Assembly (NCBI GenBank): GCA_943704425.1
Contig: CALSCP010002236.1
Location: 1-64,000, forward strand
DNA from: Ministeria vibrans ATCC 50519
Lineage: Eukaryota > Protista > Filasterea
DNA length: 64,000 bases
Reading direction: 5' to 3'
Shown in pieces: positions 46,901-58,900 of this stretch (position 1 is the first letter of the stretch; each line of letters starts with the position of its first letter). The position numbers were made by a program, and so were the translations under genes. Below the pieces are notes generated by a model. It saw only the letters and a list, made by a program, of their open reading frames with translations. It did no database searches and had not been told where the DNA came from.

Positions 46901-49900
46901 AGAATGTGATCACGTCGCGTCCCACCGAGTTGCTCACCTCGATCACAATTTGGTGAGGCGAACCCACCTTGTCGGCGGTTGCCCACGACACAAGACCCGA
47001 TTGGCTCAGCGCAAATGACGGCGGCGCTTCAAGAAGAGTCCACGTAAGCGGCGGCGCACCGGCCAGCAGCGTAAACTGGTGCACCAACGAGGCGCCAGTG
47101 ACCCGGTCAAAGCGTGCCTGGACCGACGCGGGATTCACCACGGGCTTGGCGAGCACCGCAAGCGAGATGGTCGTCGAACACACATTTCCGTACGCATTTG
47201 TGGCGCACACCTCAAAGGAAAATGGCGAGTTGGTCGTGTCCGTCGCAACATACGAGATGACACCCGTTGCCGAGTCGATGGTCATGTTGCCCGGAGGCGC
47301 ACCCTGCAGGGTGTACACAATAGGCAGCGTGCCAGAAGCAAGTGCCACCGAAAGGGTGTACGTGGAGCCTTCGTTGACATTTTGTGTGGTCGAGGGAACA
47401 CTGGAAGTGTCAAAGACAGGTGTCTCCGGCGAAAGCACCTGTGTACCGGTGAGCACGTTGCCGCAACCGTCGGTCACGGTGAATGTGCGCGTAATCGACG
47501 TGGCCACCGTGCACGCTGCATTCGCGGGCGTCGTCACGTCGTTTGTCGTGTACGTCGATGAGCCGCCGACAGCAAGACACAGTGCATCTTCGTTGGTGAC
47601 AACCGGCTCGCCAGTGACGGCGGTTGCCGCCGAACAGTCTGAAAAGGAGGTGGCCGCCGGGAAGACCACGGTGGGCACGGGTACAGCGAGGTCCTCGTCA
47701 ATAAGGCCGTCCATGTCGTCGTCCAAACCGTTGAGAAGTTCCTCGTCGACGCGTCCATCGCAATCGTTGTCCACACCGTCCTGCGCAACAGTGGTCGTCG
47801 GGGAGCAGTCGGAGCCAATTGAGGCGTAGCGCGACGACGCCGGGTACCCAAAACCGTCAAAGGTCTCGAAGCCATGCAACGACACCACCATCGCAACAAT
47901 CACCTCGGTGTGCGACACAGTCACAAGCTGACTCTGTGACACCGATGTCGACGAGACCGAGTAGCCACTGGTGCCAACGGCGCTCCAGGTGGCGGTCACA
48001 GCGGCGTCGTTCACGCGCACGCCTGCCGTTTTGGCCGACGGTACCACCACGTTGACAAGGCTGGAGAATGTCGAGGGGGTCGCCACCGTAATGCGGTTGC
48101 TTGCCTGCTCCACCGCAGGCACCACAATCATCAGCGGTCCGCCGTACGTGCCACCCGCCTGCCCGGCACCCGTCGCGTATTGCACTACCTGCACCTTGTG
48201 GGTGGCGTTCACGTAGAAGGCGGTGCTGCCCGAGGCAGACAGGTGCAAAAATTCTCCCTTGTTTACCGTGAGCGTCTGCACAACAGCCGAGGTCGACTGC
48301 TGCACGTACACTGTGGTGGCGTCCATACTTCCCACGATGCGAATAACATTGTTGTTGTTGGGTCGCGACGCGAGCGGTGACACCACATAACGTGAGCCCC
48401 AAGCATGCGTCGGCACCAATTGCTCGACAAGGTGACCGCATTTCGACGCGGTGGTGGGCACAGCTGCACAGTCATGACCACTAATCACCACCACACGTTT
48501 GTTTGCATTGATACGCGTGCCAGTGAGGTCACCCGAACCGGCCGTGCGCACCGAAAGCGTCTGGCGCTCGCGCAACTCCACCACGTGAAAGGTACCGGCA
48601 ACGACAGTCTGGCCATCAATCGTCACGTCGGCCGTGACCGTGATCGCGACCGACGTGTCGTTTTCCGTGGCCATCAGGGCAAACGAACTGGCGTACAAAT
48701 TGGGGTTGGTAGCTGGCGAGCCATAGGAAGCAATAAAGTATTCGGTGCCCAGTGCGTCCAAGGGAATGGCCAACATGGATTCGGTGCTCTCGCTCTTCGC
48801 GTTGCGCACCGCCACCGACATTTCGCCGTCCGACTCGACGTAGAGGCCGTTGGAGGCAACCTCACCGAGCGAGTTGAGACGCAAGCCGTTGGGCACCGTG
48901 ACACTCACTGAAGTACCCGACGGCACCGTCACCGTGTTGGTGTAGCCTTGGGCGGGCGCTGACAGCGACACGGACACACCCGAAATGAATGCGGAAAGTA
49001 CCACTTGGAGGGAGCCGCTGTCACCGCCGTCGGGACGGTTCTCGAGGAATGGCACGAAAAATTTGCTGCCAACCGAGTCGCGCGCTGACGTGCCCAAAGC
49101 AATGGTGGGCGAGCCCGAAACGCTCAGCGTAATGGTGCGCTGACTCTCGCTCACACGGTTGTTGGCCGCAAAGATGATGGTGTACGGTGAACCGCTGCCG
49201 GTGGGTGCCTGCCACGTGATTTGACCGGTGGCCGAGTCAATGACCATGCCCGACGGGGCCTGTACCAGCGACCACGTGATTACGCCAGTACCGCCCGAGA
49301 GAAGCGGCGACGCACTGAACGGGAAGTTTACAAAGGTCGACGGGTTGCTCGCGACCGACGAAGGGTCGATCACGGCCGAGTCGAGCACGCGCAGTGCAAG
49401 CGAGGCGGACGTCGAACCAACGCGGTTCGACAGGGTCACATTTACTTCGTAGGCAACAGCATTCACCAAAGGATTCGACCAGGCAATGGTGCCCGTGTCA
49501 CTGCCAATACTGAGACCTGGCGCGTTGGACGAGACGCTCCACGTGAGTGGTGCCGTGCCAATCGTCACGGCCAGCGTCTTGCTCATGGCAACGCCGCTTG
49601 CCTGGTAGAGCAGACCGGAGGTGCCAAAGGACTCGACATTAAGGACAGGAATGTCCTCGACAATGACACTAAACGTGGCAGTGGTCGACGAGACGTCGTT
49701 TTCCGCGCGCAAAACCACCGTAAACGGCGAACCACTGCTCGTGGGACTCTGCCAGGCAATCACCCCCGAGACGGAATCCACCGACATGGTTCCAGGAGAC
49801 TGTGTTAGCGACCAGGCGACGGGGGTTGCGCCAGAACTCACAGCGGCGGAAATGGAGAGCGCCTGACCGACGGCGACGACCACGCTAGGCTGCGGGAGCG

Positions 49901-52900
49901 ACGCGCCATCGATCACTACCACTTCGCGCACAAGCAACGAAAAGGAATAGTGATCGTTGCCGACCGCATTGCTCACGCTCACCGACACGTTGTAGGCGAC
50001 TGCATTGACGACGGGCGACGGCCACAGCAAGTCGCCCGTGCTCGGGTTCACCGTCATGCCGGACGGTGCCAGAGTGGTGTCAAGGGAAAAGGTGCGCGGG
50101 AGCGAGCCCGCCGAAAGGGGCACGCGGTACACGAAAAACTCGCCGCCGGCGGTGCGGCGTTCGCTGCCAATGGTAGTCGTGTCGAAAACTGGCAGTTCCG
50201 CGACGGTCAATGAGAAGGTGTGCGTGCTTGCGCCGGCTCCGTTTGTCGCCACAATCGAGACGCTGTGAGGCGAGCCGACTTCGACGGGCGACGCCCAGCT
50301 CACGACGCCCGTTGACGAGTCAATAGTCATGCCTGTGGGACCCGACAGAGTCCACACAATGGGCAGCGAACCAGACGAGAGAGACGGTGTCACGCCAAAC
50401 GCCTCGCCAGCAATGGTGGCGGTGCTCGTCGGCGGCACGCTGCTCAAATCAATCACGGGAATAGCACGGACAGTGAGCACCAACGTGAGTTCGCTTACGT
50501 GCGCACTGTTCGAAGCGCGCACGAGAATGTTGTAGGGTGATGCGCTCGGGTCTGCCGAGGACCAGGCCATGGCACCAGTGGACGCGTCGATGGTCATGCC
50601 AGAAGGCACCGATCCGCCCAGAGACCAACCAATGGGCAGTGTACCTTGCTGCAGCGTGGGCGCTAAAGAAAAGCTGGTGCCCTCGTTGACGAGCGTCGTG
50701 CCGGGCACGGAACTGGGCAAAATCATGGGAGGCAAGGTGAGGAGAAATTGCGTGTGATGCAAAATGGCACCACAGCCGTCGACGACGGTGTAGAGACGCT
50801 CGATGTAGGGGATGGCGGGACAACCAAAGGCACTGGGAGGAGTCGTGTCCACAAAGGTCACGGTCGGCTCGCTGCCGTACAAAAGACACAGGTCGCTGAC
50901 GGCCACCACGGCGAGTGTGCCGGTGAGCTCGGGGCGCACATCCGAGCAGGTAGTGAGCGTAAAGTTGGCCGGGCCGCTAATGACGGGTGCCGGCACAATG
51001 AGATCTTCGTCGATGAGACCATCACCATCGTCGTCGATGCCGTTGAAGAGTTCCTCGTCGATGCGTCCGTCGCAGTCGTTGTCGAGGCCGTCGCCACCTT
51101 CGCCCGTGGCCATCACGCATGTAGATGCAATGGGCGCAAGACGCGTGCCGAGAAGCGTGGCAAAAGACGTGCGTGTTCCCCAGCCGTAGACGTGTGCCAT
51201 GAGCACCACATTGGCACGGATGTGCGTGACGCTCACCGTGGTGCTGCTGGTCGAAATAGCAATGCGTGCGGCGCTGTAGCCAGTCGAGGCAAGAGGGAAC
51301 CAGGCAGAGCCGCTAACAGTAGCCCTATTCAGACGTACGCCGTCCATGTCGTCTGTTCGTGCCACAATGTTGACGTATTGCGACGTGCCCAGCACAGTGG
51401 GGTAGGTGGACAAAGCGGCGCGCGAGGGCCACAACGACACGGGCGGCACAATGGCCATGGAGGGCGACCCAAAGGTCTGCAAGTCTCCGGCGCCCTGACT
51501 CTCTTGCAGCACCAACACTGGTTTGGTGGCCGACAGGCGGGCAAACGTGCTCATAGTAAGGTCCACAAAGGCTCCCGCCGCAATAGTATGCGACACGGAG
51601 GTTGCGGTGTCCAACACGCCCGTCAGCACCGTCGCGTCTTCGGCGGCAATGATGCGCAGTACATTGTCCGTGGTGCGGCCCGTCATGGCCACCGCCACAA
51701 ACTCGGTGCCCCAGGTCGACATTGGAGGCAACTGTTCTGCAAGAATGCCACAGCCTGTGGTGCTCGGTAAGACATTGGCACAGGTGTGCCCGGCCACAAC
51801 CGAAGCGGCGCCCGTCGAGCGAATAATAAGTCCCGTCGTGTCCGTCGCCTCACTGCCAATGCCCGCCAACACATCGCCGCTATCCAGCTGAAAGATGGTC
51901 TCGGTTGTGACGGTCTGACCGGCGATCAGCAGCGTCTGGCCTGCCTTGGGTGCAATCGCCACACTGGCACCGTCCACCGCCGACATGACCGTAAAGAAAC
52001 TACGGCCGCCCGAGGACGATTCAGAGCCCTGCGTGGCGCCCACAAGCATATACTCGAATCCGAGCGCGTCCGTTGGCAACACAACGTAAGCGTCGCCAAA
52101 GCGAGTTGTGTCGTCGTAGACAGCAACTTGCACTGCCTCGTCGCTGGTCACGTACGCACCGTTGGGTCCAATGGCGGCACCCGACGTCACCACAAAGTCA
52201 ATGGCAATGCGCAGCGTTGTGCCATTTGCAACGTACGTATTGGTCTCGAGCATCACGCCAGATGAAAGCTGTTGGACGCTGACGCGAGCGTTTCCGTTGG
52301 CAGCACTCACGGCAATGATACTGGTGCGCGTGCCCACAAGGCCCACCAGCGGTGGCGCGACAAAGAAGTCGGTGCCCATTGTGTCGGGTGCCGAATCGCC
52401 CAAGTTGAGCGTAGGTGTCGGGTCGACAATGAGCTGGTAACTCACCGTGCTGGTGCCCACCTCGTTCGTGGCCTGAGCGGACACGCTAAAGGGACTCCCG
52501 GCATTGGTGGTGTCTGGCCAGGAAATGAGGCCCGTCGTGGAGTCAATTGTGAGCGACGCAGGTCCTTGGAGAATGCGCCACGACACCGTGCCGCCACCAG
52601 CCTGCAGAGACAACTGCAACGAGTGCGGGAATCCCTCAAAGATGGTCACGGACGGGGAGACGGGTGTGATTTGGGGCACGTCAATGGCCACGATGGAGAG
52701 GGTCGCCGTGTCCTCGGCAACACTGTTGGTCAGGCTCACCACGACCGAGTGGGGCGAACCAACCACCTCGACGGGCGACCAGCTGACAACACCCGTGGCA
52801 GACACGCTCATACCGATGGGACCCGACACAAGCGCCCAGCTCAGGGGTGTGGCGCCATCGAGTACGGAAAAAGCATGCGAGAAACTCGCACCAGATGCCA

Positions 52901-55900
52901 TCTCAAATGGGGTCGTGGGCACGTTGCCAATGCGTGGCGATTGAAGTACCGTCACAAAGAAGGTCCACAAGTTGGAATCGAGCGAGTTGGAGGCAAGCAC
53001 TGAGACTTGCAGCAAAATAACTGGTGTCGGTGACGTCCACGAGATGGTACCCGTCGTCTGATTGATGGTCATGCCTGGCTGCGCGGAGAAACCCGCAGGG
53101 AACGTCCAGAGGATGGGAGGCGAGCCGGCAAGCAGACCGGGGGTCACTTCGTAGTCGACACCCGATGCAATGGTGACGGCAGGCAACGACGAAGGATCGA
53201 TGACGACCGCCTGCTGCACCTGAATGTCAAACACAACGGCGTGCTCCGAGACACCGTTCGACACGGTTGCAGTCACGGTGTAGTCGAAGCCGGGGTACTG
53301 GGGCGTGGGCCAGCTGATGACGCCCGTCTGACTGATGACCAGACCCGACGGAAGCGAAGGCGACACTGCAATGGTCCAGGTCATGGGACCCGTACCGGCG
53401 GCGAGACTCAACGAAATGGACAGCGGAACATTCTCGAGGGGTGTCGCAGGCTGAGATGGAACGCTCGAAAGGTCCACAAGCACACCCTGAAGGCTGGTCA
53501 GGGAAAATGAGTGCGAGTCGGTGCTCGCGTCGTTGCTGGCGCTCACCACAAAGTCAATGGGAGTGGACGAGTGCGCCGCCACAGTCCACGTCAGATTACC
53601 GTCCACCGGCGAAATCTGACTGCCAATGGGTCCCGAGTCCAGTGCCCACAGAATGGGCTGGCTGCCCGAAGCGCTCGCCTGCCGTGTGTAGTACGTGCCT
53701 TCAAGAATATTCTCCGATGGCAACGATGAGGCGGTCACGAGGACGCCCGATTGGACGACCAGCGTAAAGTCAACAGCGTCCGAACCCATATTGTTGAGAG
53801 CTTGAACCGAAATGATAAAGGGACTGCCCACGACGGACGCAGTCGGCCAGTTGATGGCTCCCGTCGACGTGTCAATGACCATTCCCGAAGGTTCGCCCGA
53901 GAGTGACCAGCTCACCGGCAGGCTACCCTCGGAGAGCGTCGGCTGCAAGCTGTACTGCGATCCGTCACCAATCGTGACAACACTCGTGGGCAGACTCGTC
54001 GTCGAGATGACCGGAATGGCTCGCACCGCCAGTGTAAATGTCTCGTTCGTAGAGGATGCCGAGTTGCTCACGCCAATCACAATGGTGTACGGCTCGGTAC
54101 GCAATTCGGTCGAGCCCCAAATGAGCGTGCCGTTGCTACCAGTCTGCTGCGACAGGAGCATGGTAGAGGGCGCGGAAATAAGAGTCATCGTGATGGGCTG
54201 GCTACCGCCCGTGATCGTAAGGGGCATCTGGAAGACGGTGTTTTGCAGAACACTCTGGTCGGCAATGGGGGCAATGGTGGGCAAATCTTGTGCGAGCACA
54301 AGGAAGCTCACCTGGTCACTGCCCACCAAATTGCTCAACTTGACGGTGACGGTGACAGCGCTAGGAGTCGGGATCGGCGATGCCCACTTCAGCGTGAGCG
54401 AGCCAAAATCACTCGAGGAGACCACCATGCCAGTGGGTGCGGTGACAAGTTCCCAGTTGCTGGGCGGCGAACCGCCCGAACGCAGCAGGGTAATCGAGTA
54501 CGCTTGCGAGGTGGGCACATGTACCGTGCCGGTGGGCACGCTGTTGACATCGATGACGGGCAGGTCGTCGACTGTGAGCACAAAGGTGACGTTGTCGCTG
54601 CCGACAAGGTTGGCGGCATTCACAATCACGGTGTAGGGACTGCCATTGCTGGTGGGCTCGGCCCAGTCAATGGCGCCCGTCGAAGAGTCAATGGTCATGG
54701 AAGCGGGAGCGCTCAGGAGCGACCACGTGATGGTGTTGGAGCCAGCTGTGAGTGTTGGCATGCGAGCGAATGCCGAAAACGACTTGATTGTCTCGTCCTC
54801 AAGGGTAGATGCATTGATTGCGGGTACGGTGTCCACGCGCACCGTAATCGATGTTGTCTTGGCCCCCACAACGTTGGAAGCAATCACATTGATGGTGTAC
54901 AGACCCTCGACGGCGGAGGGCCACACAAAGCTGCCGATGAGCGATGTGCCGGTCACTGAGCTGCCAGCGGGCGGCGACCCACTCAGCTGCCAGATGACAG
55001 GCGAGGCGCCGCGTGACGCGACAAAGTTGTAGCTAAAGGAAGCACCAGTGGTGGCCTGGAACGCCGAAACGGGTGTCGAGGGCACAACGAGAGCGGCGAG
55101 AACCTCAAGCTGGAAAGATGCTTGCGCCTGCGTGTGAGTGTTGCTCGCGAGCACTTCGACGGTGTGCGTATCGATGTTTCCCGTGGGAATGGCATCGTCA
55201 AAGGTAAGCACGCCCGTTGACGAGTCAATGGTCATGCCCACGGGGTTTTGCGTGAGTGTCCACAGAATGGGGGCAAGACCAATTGCCGAAAAGATGTGCG
55301 TAAAGGTCGCACTCTCAAACACCTGCTGCGGTGACGTCGGCACCGAGCTACCCACGATGACGACGGCCTCGCCACGCAGGTACTGCACGTCCATTCCCAC
55401 ATTGCCACAGCCATCGGTAACGGTCCATGTGCGCGCAATGACCTGCGTCGCCGGACACACGCTTGAGGAGTCGGTGTAGGTCACGACGGGTGTGGGGTTT
55501 CGCTCCACACACGCGGCCGACTGGGTGAGCACAATGGGTGTGCCGGTGAGCACAGCCGAGCCCAGGTCACTGCAATTGCCATAGGTAGTGTTGGCCGGGA
55601 ATTGAATGAGCATGCCAGCAACGGCAAGATCTTCGTCAATGAGACCGTCACCGTCGTCATCAATGCCGTTGGCGAGTTCCTCGTCAACGCGGCCGTCACA
55701 ATCGTTGTCGAGGCCGTCGGCGGGCACACCTTCGCAGCTAGCGCACGCCACACCGTCGTTGATGGTGCGCCAGAAACCACCCACACTGATGCCAAATGCA
55801 TCATTGGTGGGAGCCATTGCAAAAACCATGGCCCACATTTTCAGGTTGATTTTGTCGTGCTCGAGCACCACATGACCCACTGAGGAGGCCAGAGCCACCT

Positions 55901-58900
55901 CGAGGGTTTCCCAGCCACTAGTGTGAATGGGAGTCCACGTGCCGCTCACGGCGACACCATTGAGGTGCACATCACCGCCTGTGTTCTGCGGCGCAAACAA
56001 TCGCACATACTGCTGCGTAAAGTCCGTTGCAAACGTTGGCGGCACGGCAAACTGGTAGCGGTTGCGGAACTGCGTGGTAGGCACGAGGTAGGTAAGAAAC
56101 GGATCACCAAGGGTACCGCTCGTGACTGCTGCGCCCTCCGTAAGAAGTGCCAGCAGAATGGGCGCATTCGACGAGATGACAGCGCCTTCAAAGCTAGCCG
56201 ACAGCTCAAAGGTCGTGGGTGCATTGAAGGTGGTGCTGAGGAGAACAACGCCGTCGTTGGCCGTCACCGTGATCGAAGCGGTGACGCCCAGGGTCGCCGG
56301 CACGGCGCGGTACGTTGCGGGCGCGCCATTGTGGGTGCCCACGAGTTTACTCGAGACAAACTTGGTGCCCATGGTCGTCGTGGGTGGCAGCTGGGCGGCC
56401 AGGTGCGAACAGTCCTTGTTGGAGCGCGGCACATTGGCACACTCGTGGCCCGCAATGAGCACAATGGGAGCAGAGGCGTTGATGCGCGAGCCCGAAAGAT
56501 CGCTCAGCTGGGTGACACGCGACGAAATTTGCAGCGTCTCCAGGCGATTCATCACCACCGTGCCAGACTGACCAGAAGTGAGAAAGCCCGAGCCGGTCGG
56601 AAAGTCCACAATTTGGCTGCTGGAGACGGTGACAACGGTGTTGTCCTCAGTTGCCACAATGGAGTATTCGGTGCGCACTTCGCTTGGGTAGCCGGTGGGC
56701 TCACCCGTCGTGAGCACAACGTAGTCGTCGCCAAGCGAGCGCAGCGGGTACACGGGGTGGCCGTCGGTCGAGCCGGTGCGACTGTTGTAGGCAAAGACAG
56801 TGACGTCGGTGTCGGCCATCACATGTACACCCTTGTCCTCGACTTGGCCACTGAGAGCGGCACGCAGCGACACCGGCAGTGAAACGTACTCAGTGGCGCC
56901 CGCTGCTACCGTGAATGTTTGCGACGTGAACAACGACGCGGCCGAGACAGTGACACTCGCGGCGGAGCCTGTCGACGAAATGGAGAGGACGAGCGTGTCT
57001 CGCGCGGTGCTTGTGACAAAGACGCGGTTCGACATGAAGGCGACCACAAACTCCTTGCCGGCATTGTCAATGTTGCTGGCAACACACGCCTGGTTGACAC
57101 CACAGGGTGACTCGTTCGCCGGACACGAACACGTGTAGCCATTGAGCTGGTCAATGCAGGAGCCACTGGAGCCGCACGGGGACGAGGCGCACTCGTCAAT
57201 GTTGGTCTCGCACTGAAGTCCGGTCGTGCCGAGCGGACAGCTACAGGAAAATGCACCAATATTGTTGGTACATACGCCTCCAAAGGCACACGGAGACGAA
57301 GCGCACTCGTCCGAGTCGGTCGAGCAGGTGGCGCCGGCATAGCCAATGACACAGGTACATACAAATGTGTTGAGAGTCGGCGTCGTGCAGGTACCGCCAT
57401 TCTCGCACGGATCCGACTGACACTCGTCGATGTCGGTGCTGCACTGTACACCTGTGAAGCCAGCAACGCAGTCACACGAGTAGCTATTGACATTCAGGGT
57501 CTGACAGGTGCCGCCATTTTGGCATGGTGCCGACGCGCACTCGTCAATGTCCGTCTCGCATTGCGCGCCCGTGAAGCCGGCAAGACAGCTGCAGCTGAAA
57601 GCGTCAAGCTGAGACGAGCATGTTGCGCCGTTCTCACAGGGCGCCGAGGTACACTCGTCAATGTCCGTCTCACAAAGTGTTCCCGTAGTGCCCGCCACAC
57701 ATGTGCAGGCAAAGCCATCGACAGCGTCGACACAGGTCCCCGCATACTGACACGGTGACGAAGCACACTCGTCGACATTGACATCACAGTGCATCCCAGT
57801 GTAGCCGAGCACACAGGCACACGTGTACGACGTGACGCCGTCCACGCAAGTAGCACCATTCTGACACGGCATTGACGCGCAGTCGTCCACGTTGGTCTCA
57901 CACGTGTCGCCGGTGAAACCCGACGGACAAAGGCAAAAGTAAAAGTTGATGGCATTGGCGCAGGAGGCGCCATTCTGGCAAGGCGTCGACAAACACTCGT
58001 CAATGTCCGTCTCACACCGCGTACCGGTGTAGCCAAGGACGCAGGCGCACGCGAAAGAGTTGACCGATTCGCTGCAGGTGCCGCCAAATTGACAGGGCAT
58101 CGAGGCGCACTCGTTGATTTCCGTCTCGCAAAAGGGTCCGGTAAAGCCGGCGGGACACTCGCATGTATACGACTCGATACCGTCGCGACACACCGCACCG
58201 TTGATGCAGGGTGCCGAGAAGCAATCGTCGATGTTTGTCTCGCACTGAAGACCGCTAAATCCGGCGGGACACATGCATGCGTATGAGGCAAACTGGTCGG
58301 AAAGCTCGGAGGGACATGTGTCCACGAGCGACTGGGAGCCAAACGAAGAGGGCACCGCCAGCTGGGACGCATCGTTGTCGCCAAAGCAGACGAGACCCGA
58401 ATCGGAGACGCGCTGAGCACACACAAAGTTTTCGCCGGCGCTGGGGCTGCGCATGGCACCCGCGGGAATATTGTTAAAGATGCTTGTCACGTCGTTTGTG
58501 TCACCAAAACACGTCAGTGCACGACCCGCCTGGAGTACGGCACACGAAAAAGCCTCGTTGGCAGCAATGTCGTGCACCACACCGGATGGCACGTCACCGA
58601 CGCTGACTGAATCACCCCAGCAGAGCAGCTCGTGGTTGTCGGCACGCACGCCACAGCCGTGCACCGTGCCAATGGCAATGCGAACAAAAGTGTGTGCGCC
58701 CGACACTGAAGTTGGCGGGACGCTTGGCACACCCGTGCTATGGCACACAATCACACCAGCGGGTGTAAGACCGCACAGCACTGAGAGCGAGTTGAGGGCA
58801 ATTTGTGTGTAGGGTCCGGCACCCTGAACGGAATTGGGCACCGGCGAGCTGTAGGGGTTGACGCCGAGCGCTCCCACACACAGAACGGTGGAGTCACTTG

